This document shows, piece after piece, positions 13,705 to 24,500 of a stretch of DNA of 64,000 nt. A program made the position numbers and the translations under genes. This DNA is from Laetmonice hystrix (taxonomy: Eukaryota), in the NCBI GenBank assembly GCA_965235115.1, contig OZ249436.1:13394001-13458000 (forward strand), written 5' to 3'. Within the stretch, counting starts at the first letter, position 1, and each line of letters begins with the position of its first letter. The notes under the pieces were generated by a model, which was not told the DNA's origin, searched no databases, and saw only the letters and a list, made by a program, of their open reading frames with translations.

Positions 13705-14130
13705 CCAATCATCATTTCAACCTTTGACTTCTTAACTCCCTCTTGACACGCGATAAGCAGTATTTCGTTCGTCGCTATAAACGTTTGAAGTGTCGAACTG
13801 AAGTTCCACCGCTGCCGCAGCCGATGAATAGTGATTAATTCCATAATTCCCGCTAGATGGCACGGAAAAAGGTGCTGCCATCTATCTTTTAGACTTGGAA
13901 CTCAATATTAGTTCAGAGTTAAAACGATAGATGGCAGCACCCTATTAAGTGCCATCTAGCGGGTATTATGGAACATCAGTCCCAGTGGCCGCCTGTGTCG
14001 CTACAGTCGGCTGTCGGACCGTCTGGCGCTGCTCATCAGCACTTCAAACATCAATATCGACGAACAGAAACATAACTAGGCTATCATATGTCAAGCAGGG
14101 ATAAGGTATCAGAGTCTAAAATGATCATAA
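13705..14130. mobile_element. Imperfect palindromic element (MITE-like) carrying CTCF-like motifs
   Basis: ttccataattcccgctagatggcac / gtgccatctagcgggtattatggaa and ggtgctgccatctatc / gatagatggcagcacc are inverted pairs. The outer arms are weaker and their boundaries approximate. Confidence 0.7.
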
Positions 14131-14288
14131 TATTTTAGTAGAGTTACAGATTGTAAGGGAATCTCCAACTAATCCGATAGGCTATAGGCCTATTATCTAC
14201 TAGGCCTAAGATAGTTATCAAAATTTCCGGCAGCAGGCGCTGCTGCATCTCGACCGTGTGGCCTTTCCGGGTTGCCTGTAGGAAGCCC

Positions 14289-14866
14289 CCAGCGGCGTAT
14301 CCAGGGGGGTTTCCAAGTATCCCGGACCCCCCCCCCCCCCTTAAAAAATTACTATGTTAAAGGGCCATATTATGAGGAAATGTTAAAAATCGGTATTTCA
14401 TAGAACTTTTGCTGTTTTCATAAAGAGATCCTTCATTAAAATTGCTTGGTAAACAAAGACAGACTTATTTAGTTTCATTTTGCGTGAGAAATCGAAGTTT
14501 ATTATGCTCCCTTGCCCGCTTCTCTGCCGTTAGAAAACACGTCCGAGGACAAAATGCTGTGGTAGGATTATTTACTTGGATCCCTAGTACACGGTCATGT
14601 TGGATAATTGCCGGAAATCCTCAAAAACGTGTTTCATAGTATGCCCCTTTAAGGACATTTGGGTAAAAAAGGGGGTGTAAAATGCATTATTTTAACCAAA
14701 GAAAACCTTCATATTTCCACACAAGATGTCCCGAGATTGCATTATTTGATGAAATTGATGTCTTTTTGTTAAATTTCCTAGAGGAGCATGCGCCTAATGG
14801 CCATCTCTGAAGTAGATCTACCTAAACTTCGGAAACCCCCCTTAAAAAATTCTGGATACGCCACTG
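14289..14866. mobile_element. MITE (CAGCGGCGTATCCAG...CTGGATACGCCACTG) containing a nested TTAA-flanked element
   Basis: Terminal inverted repeats are visible. Similar CAG(T/G)GGCGGATCC-type ends occur at about 9635-9953, 16684-16868 and elsewhere. Confidence 0.7.
14361..14648. mobile_element. Non-autonomous element with TTAA TSD and AGGG termini (Kolobok-like)
   Basis: TTAA|AGGGCCATATTATGA ... TCATAGTATGCCCCT|TTAA; 13/15 TIR match. Confidence 0.7.
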
Positions 14867-15339
14867 CCCCCCCCCCCCCTAAATTCTGGACGATGTTATT
14901 TTGGTCATCCAACTATGATCATATTTAGATCTAGCCTATCATGTAGATCTAGGCCTAGGCCTATATTTTAGGCCTAGGGGGCTAGGCTAAGCCGAATAAT
15001 ATGTTTTTGCCCGATGGTTAGCCCCCCTAAAAAAAATCCTAGATCCGCCCATGAATCCCCCCCCCCCCCTTTCAAAAAAAGATAATTGTATAGAATAGAT
15101 CCTATTTAGGGGCCTAATTGAATACATGTATCTAAATGATTGACTAATTTAGGCCTAGGCCAGGGCTAGCCCCCCCCCCCCCATTTTGCCCCCCCCCCCC
15201 TTATCTCAGTTCTGCCTACACCCCTGGCACATGGTGAAAAATACTCCAAAAATGTAAATTTGGGGACTTCAACATTATCGCCGCTGGCTGGCGGGAATGG
15301 GTGCACGCACCCGGTGGGCCTTACCAAGGTCTCCGTGAT

Positions 15340-15395
15340 CTCGCATGAGTCACCGCTATGTGATGACGTCACAACACTGGCTGGGTTTTCCTTCG
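15340..15395 (+). promoter_or_regulatory. AP-1 (TGAGTCA 15346-15352), CRE (TGACGTCA 15364-15371) and NF-kB-like (GGGTTTTCC) motif cluster upstream of candidate MKK3/6 exon 1
   Basis: Exact consensus words lie within 50 bp of each other, about 200-250 bp upstream of ATG 15593. Confidence 0.5.
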
Positions 15396-15592
15396 CCAAG
15401 GCAGGACGATTAGACGATCTTGCAGCACGAGATCCTAGAGGCCACATCCTTAGTAATTGTAGCAGATTTACTTCCACAAGGAGGCAAGCATTTGGCAGGG
15501 TAGACAGGGAACAAGCCGAAGCGTGAGAGAGTCGGTGGAGGGGGCGTGCGTCTGCACATTTTCCTGTCGAGTGGACCCTACCCTAACGGAGA

Positions 15593-18500
15593 ATGGCAGG
15601 TGTCGGAGCCTCCCGAGGTGAGTGGCGATATGTAACAAATGACACGGGAGCACGAGAGATGGACTGGACGGTCTTGACTTGAGTGACCAGTTTATTTTTT
15701 AACTAAGCATGCCACATTCTTGGGGTTGTACAAGTAGAGCAGATTACGTTTCCTACATAATCACGAGGAACACCGTACATGTACAGTCTAGGGTTGAGTG
15801 TGGCGGATTTCCTGCATACATATTGAGTCAGTTGGAGTGGACGGTTCAGTCTGACTCGGGGCTGCTTGATGTCAGTTTGAGGCTAGAATCAGGTCAGTGG
15901 GCTAACCTGCCCTAGCTAGAAAACTAGCTGAGTGAGTGTGTGTACAACTACAGGACATAATACATGATGAATAACTTAAGTTAAGGGTGAATATAGATAG
16001 ATCTATGAATGTGACTGAGTGAAGTACTATATCTTGTGCATTATTAATTTACACATTAGATAACTAGTTAGTATTAGGCTATAGCAACTTCTAGTTTTAC
16101 TTTTCTAAAGATTGATACCAAACTTGAAACTAGGTCGTTGCTATAGACTTCAGTATGTAGCTAGCCCCAGTAGTGGTATGGTAGCCAGGTTAGCCATGGG
16201 ATGATGGGGTGATGGAGATGAGATCCATGGAAAGTTCTGTCTACACAGACAAACTTGATAGGCCCACGAGTCCGGGAAACAGGGAAAAGTCCGGAATTTT
16301 TATATTGGGGCCTCCCGGGCCGGGAAGAGTCCAGGAATTTGATAAATAGGTGCTCAAATCCCGGAAAAGTCTGAGAATTTGACCAACAGTACAGATTCGT
16401 CAATATCCCATGCTAAGAAAAAATGGAAGGAGACCTGAACATGATCATGGAAAAAGTCATAAAAGTCCGGGAAAAGTCCAGGAATTTAGGAAAGTTTATA
16501 GCGTCGGAACCATGGGCCTATTGATCAATGGTAGATGATAGGTGCATATGAGGGGCATTGTATTTGCCAATGTATTTCCAGATCAGAGCAAATGTGGTGA
16601 CATGGCGGCCATTTTTACCGCCCCCCCCCCCCAAATAACATAGTATTTTGGCCCATATCTTGAAAAAGGTGCAAGATAACACCAGGGGCGGATCTAGGGT
16701 CTATATTCAGGGGGGTCCAGCATAAAAAGGGCAAATCAAGGGGGGGGGGTCCGTTGTAAAAACAAAAGGCATTTTGGTTATAAAAAATTAAATTTGGCAA
16801 ATTTGAGGAGGGGTCCTGACGTCGCCGACCCCCCCCCCCCCCCCCCCCCCTTCCTGGATCCGCCACTGAACACAATAGTTACCGGTAATTATTGACCAAT
16901 AGGAAGTCATGCAGTTTCATTTGGTGCCATTTTCCATGACCTTGAGCCACCTTGAAAGGTCAATCAAAGTCATGCATATTTTTAATGGCTGCCTGTACCT
17001 CCAAACCACTTAAAGATAACAACATCTAATCTTGCATGAAACATTATTACCAGGGACAGTCTAAGGAGGACACAGGTCAAACACCATTAAAAATGGCTGC
17101 TTGACCAGTAGCCATCGTGTTTCCTCCTGGGTCTTGCCCAAAAAAATCGCGTGTGTAAATAAACGAGTGCGTACTACTATACACGATAATTTATGGTACC
17201 GTAGTCATTCAATTTCAAATGGGAAGAGTGTTTAGGAGACATTTGAAATCGGTGAGGTTGACTGGCATAGATCTATGAGCTGTTGATTTGGATGACAGTT
17301 GTCATTCTTACCACAGGGCTATCGTACCCCAAGTTTCACTATGGGCTACTCTTGCTCAAAACAATGGACAGACAACCTATGTCAGAGACAATCCTTATCT
17401 CTAGTTTAAATTGTGTACCTTTGATTTACACCCAGAAAGATTATATGTTCATTATAGACATTTACCAACCATGTTGAGGTGCATTAAGGATTTAACCACC
17501 GTTCTCAGATGTTCAGTTTGTATTCATTGTTTGCTACCAGCATCTTAAGTTAACAAACAATATAATCTCTTGGGTGACATATGTTCTCCATTGATGGTTT
17601 TCCCCAGCTTTCGTTTGGGAGGTTGTTTTATTAATGAAGGCAGTACAGTCATAGGGGCAGAGTCGCTCATCACAGGGAACCCGTAATACAGGTGTTTTCT
17701 CACCTATTGTTTCCCACCTCTGTGAAGCAGCTCACTAGTGCCAGGATGTCGGCCTCAGTAATCACTGCTCATTAGACTGTCTGCCAGTGCCAACTTACTT
17801 GTCTTTAACAACAATATACAATCCCCAAAGTGGCCTGCCCTGTGATGGTTTAGCCAATCAGGAGCCAGCATTTTTATGTTGTATATCATTGGTCAGTTTG
17901 ACAATGGTTTTCTCTATATATACTCATGTTATAACTTTGTACAAAAGACTGGGAAAGTGAACTGGAATAAACTTCATATAGTTGACCAGCTCAACCTCGT
18001 CCTTCTGCTGTACACGCAGTCTTCTGGAATGTCGTAGGAACCCTCCCTACGATAATTGGTGGAGAACCCGGGTAGTTAGCTCTTTTTAGCTGCTAACAGT
18101 CCCTATATGTATTAGCTCCCAGAAGACACAGCCTGCCTGAAGACAACCATGGACGGATTTCTCCCACAACCTGTTCTGGCATTTTTACATGATGCCAAGA
18201 ATCTTGGAGTGTCGCTAAGCTGGTCCATCTCCAGCTCACAGGATAAGAAGTCCATAGTTCTGGAGTGGAATACCCATCCAGACACAGATAAGTCCATTTG
18301 TGTGTCATCGACCTCTGGTCACAAATCTCCAAGCAGACGTCGCCGTGATGCTCAGAGATACCAGGCATGGAAAAACAAGCAGAAGTCTGTGGAACAAGCA
18401 CCCAGCAGCCGAGAGGAGGAGAGCAAGGGACCAGGCAAGCCAGTCCACCATCCTCAGGGGCAGAGATCAGCGGCTTTGCAGCAGAAACGTCACAAGAAAT

Positions 18501-21500
18501 GCAAGTCAACTGCCATGCTCTCTACCCCACAACAGAATCAACATCCTCCTCCAGTGAGTGCCGTTTCGCTCGACCATGGACCATCCAGGTCAAACACATC
18601 AACCCAGACAGACAGGCAAGTGACCATCTCTTGTGAGCTGCAAACTGCCCCTCCCATTGCCCAGTCTATAGGTGTGCAAGCACTTTGCCCTGTGCCATCC
18701 GAGACCAAGAGTTGTCAGAGTGAGGCAGTGAGCAGATCTGACTCTGCTACTCAGACTTGGACAATCAGGGGTGACCAGAGTACCCAGACTGTGGGAAATG
18801 GCCCCCAGAAGACAAAGCAATTGTTGGATCCCATGTGTCTAGAATCTAGTGAGCTGGAGTTCCCAGATCAACACTTCCTTGATTCCCTGGTCAGAAATAG
18901 AAGTGATCCACGGTCACTTCCCATACTGCTTCAAGCTGGACAGAGAAGTATACCCGTGTGTGATAAGAGCCTCACAAGGAAATTGTCTTATAGACAAGAG
19001 ATCTATGAGAGCCATGTGTTACTCTCTGAACCCATTGATTACGATATCACACATATCAAAGACTGTTTTGGATTTCTTGAACGTGACGAGGCATTTTATC
19101 TTCTCACAAAGTATAGAGGGCTGCATTACCTTATACCAGATCAAGGACGTTACTCAGACTTTGAACAGTTGGACCATGCTGGATCCCTCTGTGTGACACT
19201 TTTAATTTATGATTATAGAAGACGGAGGTATATCCAACCAGAACCTCGATATAATAACCTTGTTCAAGTTTAACATGACTGTCAGGAGATGACAATCACA
19301 TCTGTATCCTGACATTTGGTATTTTTCATAGCAGATATCTTCTACATGATATCCAGTCATGAACAATTATTTTTATTTTTCTTCGAGATTGGATGCTCCA
19401 ATCTCAGTTGAGCGAGGGGGATATATCGTACCCCAAGTTTCACTATGGGCTACTCTTGCTCAAAACAATGGACCGACAACCTATGTCAGAGACAATCCTT
19501 ATCTCTAGTTTAAATTGTGTACCTTTGATTTACACCCAGAAAGATTATATGTTCATTATAGACATTTACCAACCATGTTGAGGTGCATTAAGGATTTAAC
19601 CACCGTTCTCAGAGGTTCAGTTTGTATTCATTGTTTGCTACCAGCATCTTAAGTTAACAAACAATATAATCTCTTGGGTGACATATGTTCTCCATTGATG
19701 GTTTTCCCCAGCTTTCGTTTGGGAGGTTGTTTTATTAATGAAGGCAGTACAGTCATAGGGGCAGAGTCGCTCATCACAGGGAACCCGTAATACAGGTGTT
19801 TTCTCACCTATTGTTTCCCACCTCTGTGAAGCAGCTCACTAGTGCCATGGTGTCGGCCTCAGTAATCACTGCTCATTAGACTGTCTGCCAGTGCCAACTT
19901 ACTTGTCTTTAACAACAATATACAATCCCCAAAGTGGCCTGCCCTGTGATGGTTTAGCCAATCAGGAGCCAGCATTTTTATGTTGTATATCATTGGTCAG
20001 TTTGACAATGGTTTTCTCTATATATACTCATGTTATAACTTTGTACAAAAGACTGGGAAAGTGAACTGGAATAAACTTCATATAGTTGACCAGCTCAACC
20101 TCGTCCTTCTGCTGTACACGCAGTCTTCTGGAATGTCGTAGGAACCCTCCCTACGATAGGGCAGTAGTGTTGACTTTCTCTAGTCTGACCTCAGGGCTAC
20201 TGAATTCTCCAGTCAGGCTTGCAGTGGCTATATCAAAGGCTTGTGTCCAAAGTGCACCACTGCCTACCCTTACTGATACAGGCCACAGGGAGTTTAGAAA
20301 TAAAAATCTTAAGTTAAAGTAAATGTGGTGTTCTTAAGTAGTTACTATACAATACAAAAAGACAACAGGGATGGGAAAAACCATTTTGTGCAGAGTATAC
20401 AAGTATGTACATTGGTACTGGTAGTACTAAATTTTACTGAAGCTGGGGCTTGTGGACAAAGTTGGGCGTATTCTGAATCAAGTGCTACTTAGTCCATGGC
20501 TACCAGTCGCAGAACGTCAACATCACTCTATAAGGCAACACGAGGAACCTTGTTTTCAGAGAACAACACAGATACCACAATATTTATAAAAGAGACAGGT
20601 TCACTTGAGAAGGTAGTCATGACTTTGACGTCCGAGGTTGGTTTTTCAGGTCAGTGACAGCACTTCGGAATGATCTAACTCTAGGCATGAGGGGCAGGGG
20701 TGAGTTACCTGTACTAGTTTATAGGGCCAGTGTTATCATCTTTGGAGTGATTTTTACTCAGTTGTGCTGGTTTAAATGAGAAGGCAAGTGTTAGCCACCT
20801 CATGTAGAATTTTCTGTTGCCAGGCTGTTCTTTGTGGACCAGACCCTGGATGCATAGTTTGGTGACCGTGACCTTGACCCTCATAACATCCAGGGGCATG
20901 GGTAGCCATGTATACATTAAATACTTTATAGCGAGAACATAGTCTGCTTAGTGGCTGCCCCAACTCTGCATGGTCAGTCATTGGTATGGGTTCCTTAATG
21001 TTTTGGTCAGTCACATGCGTGAAGACCCAGTGGATCAGGAATGTAACTTGAAAGTGTTAATAGTTAACTCCAGTCTAAGTGGGATTTATGAAGGCAGTGG
21101 AAATTTGTGTCTGGCCTGGCTGCCAGCCTTTGAAGCTCATATACTAGTGAACTAAGTCTGACTGGTGTCTGCGGTATTGCACATTTCATAACCGAATGAT
21201 TAATTTGAGCTTTCTATGACTTGTAAAGACAAGGCGGTTTTATTAATGACATGTGCTATGCATTATTACTAAATCATTATGGGTACTGAAATCAGGTAGC
21301 AATCATAGCAGTGCCAGATCTTGAAAGGTTTCAAAGGGTCATATATGTACCTGGTTGGCATTGCAATTTGCGACAGAATCGGAGCAGTTGGCAACTCCAA
21401 TGAGAAAACTTCTTGAGTACTACCGAAATAAGTTTTTTTTAATAGATCTACGTTGGAGATTTGTGACTGAGCACGATTCATTTCCTTGCAAAGTATGGGG

Positions 21501-24500
21501 TATATCAGGAAATAATCAGCAAATAATGATGGTAAAACTTTCTAAATGAATTTTTCCTTTGTATCAGAAAGTTGTTCACGGGTTGCTAGATATATATGTA
21601 ATTTTATAGTCTGAATATCCTTACTGAACCAGGCTGGCAAGACCCCAATGGACCTGTTCACATCAATTCCTATCCAGGTCAGTTAAAATATGCAGCACAC
21701 AGGTAAACGGGAGGGCTGGGACGTTTCAAAAACAAGTAACATTCCACCAGCAGTAGGGAGGTAAAAGCATCAAAATAAACAAAGGTCACTTGGTTTTATT
21801 TGCAGAGAGAAGCTCTTTTTCTCACAAATTGCTACAAATTGGTTAGGATTTAGTATCTGTGCGTTTGTCAGATTTACAGCTCTATTACTGGTAGTTTCAT
21901 AAATTTCATGTCACTTTATGTTTATAACTAACTGTAACATGTCTTTGACTTTGGTTGGCATGGCAACTTGAGATCACTTTATCTGTCAAAATATGCACTG
22001 AATTATAATTTATGATTATGGTTGTCTAGAACTTTATTCCAGGGCTAGAAAACTCTAGTACCGATAAGTCAGTAGTGACCCATCAAGTTAAGTTTCAAGA
22101 ACCATGTAAATAATTGAATTCGTCTGTAGATCTATAACAGATGATATTGCAACTTATCTTAAACCAATCAGGGTTTCCTGCAGGAGGGGGGGGGGGGGGG
22201 GAGACTCCCCCCCCCCCCATTATTCAGCTACTCCCCCCAAACATATCCAGGGGGAAATAGTTTGCATTACTCTCCCCCCCCAACTCGCACCATTCCCGCC
22301 CCCCCCCCCCCCCAAAAAAAAAAGAAAAAAGTCGAAAATCTCCAGGAAACCCTGCCAATAATCCCTGACAAGCTTGAAAAAGTTGATTTTTTAACGGTAC
22401 GTAGTCTTATCTGTGCAGCAAACTTCTACAGTTCTCTTCCCCATTAGTAAACAAATTACACTGTGGTAAGGTACTATATTTTTGTATATATATTGGACAC
22501 TGCGACCTGTATGTAGGCTGTATAAACCTGTACAAAGAAACGAACTTAAGCAAATAGTGGCCTAAAGGAGTTGTGAGAGTGCACACCAAGCAAATTGTGT
22601 GAAGAGCACATTTTCAATGGCACCTCGCCAGCTATTGAAAATACCGTTTTGGTCACAGAAATGTTCCAATTGGTAGACAGTTTATAAGTTATGCTGGCAT
22701 AGCTTATATATATACCACACTGACATGCCTGCAGTGTTTTCGCCAGCCTTTTTTTGCATAGCGGGCCACTACTATGTATTATAGGGGTGATGGGGTGGGG
22801 GGGGGGGGCTTCACCCCTTCTGTACCCCTGACCAGGCTCTGCCCTTGGCCTTGGTTTGACCACTACGCTGTCGAAAATTTCTGGTGAGAACCCTCTGGTA
22901 ATAGTTTGAGTGCACAATATTTTACACCGTATCAGGCAGTCGTGCCAGGCTGGCTGGGTCAAGGGCCCTGACGACGCCAACTTTGCCAAAGCGTCACAGG
23001 ACACCTTGACGACTGCTATAGTTGTAGGGGGAAGTCCTGGCTTGCTGTGCCAGTCTGATTCATGCTCCACATATCCCAGGTGACGTCTACATACGTAATG
23101 AAGCTGAACTCTGCCTGGATCATGCTTCAGTTGACGTCAGAATGGAGCCTGTAGTCTTGTATGGAAACGACACAAGTACAACTTTTACAACATTGAGTTC
23201 GGTCTTCTGTCATCGTGCTTTGTCATGTTGCAAGTCATAGTCAAACAAACGAATTCAGTTTCTCCTACACAGAGGAGGCTTGCTATGGGATTCTCGGCCA
23301 ATAAAAGTTGAAAATTGTATGCCATAAAATTTTACCATTTTAGGTCGTCATTAGTGTATTGGTAAAGTCAGGCTTCCCATAGCTTCATGGAGTTATGGGA
23401 AATATGTGGCAGCTTCCAAGTCACGGTAATTATTACTTTGACATCCAAGAGCTCAACCTTTTTGAACACAAAGGAGAGAGAATCCTTTTTTTAAAAAGTA
23501 CGTGTAATACTTCGACTTGCTGATAGTGTGCAAGTTTCTGTCTGCATATCAGTGGATATCCTTACAAGATTTTAACAGACATTATCCTTTGCTTAGTTTG
23601 TGTAGTTTTCTGTGGTCTTCTGCGTATATAATGGTTGTTTCCTGAGGTTTTTTGGTGAATATATTCCACCATTCCATTTACTCAGAATTTGAACATTGCG
23701 TGGAACTCCTTTTGTCAGAGTTTGAGGAAATTCAAGCTGTGTTAAATTACCCCAAAGCAATACTTCCCCCCCCCCCAATACACCCACACACATGGGCTTG
23801 CTATTTTTAGCACCCCTGAGCTATAAATTGCTGGCAGCGTGTACAGCAGAGAGGCCTATGGAGATAAAAATAGCCATGGGGCCAAGCTGCACTTGCAGGA
23901 GAGGCTGGGGTGATGGTGAAGAGGGAAGTCAGTCATTAGCATTCATGAGTTGGTCACTGTTGGCACAGTTTTGGCATTGTGCTCTCAGCAGTTCTCACAG
24001 ATTCGTTACTGCTGAAGATGTTCTTCTGATCTGTCATTTACTTATTAATTAATTAGGTCTACCTGCACGCATAAATATTAGGTGTTTGGGGTGTTAACAT
24101 TCTGGCGGTAATTACTAAGGATGAGAATTTTCCACCGACTAGCAAAATTGCGACATTTGAAAGGATTTCATCTTGCTTTGGTCATCCCTATTAAGATGGG
24201 TGCAAATTCGTTCAGAAAAAGAAAAGTGGTATTATGTGTGTGGCGTAGGGTGGGGTGTGGGGGGGGGGGGACTTCTTCTTGTCGGTCTGGGCCCACATCA
24301 CAACTAATGGAGCTACTGGTGTCTCCTTTTTACCAAATTCCATTCCCATGCCTAACAATATGCTATTGCCTTACGTTCAGCCCATATTGTCAGCATTATT
24401 TCTAAGAAAGAGGACGTTTATATTCGCTGCAGGGTCAAGAGATCCCTCCTGCATGAAAGAAAAGAAGAAACTGGGAGAAAGCAGATCGATAGAACATGCT

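Noticed and set aside
17283..19581. Duplicated short ORF ([18 protein letters not shown]...) suggesting a gene pair
   Set aside because: It is the same LTR sequence read twice; the start codons lie outside the repeat.
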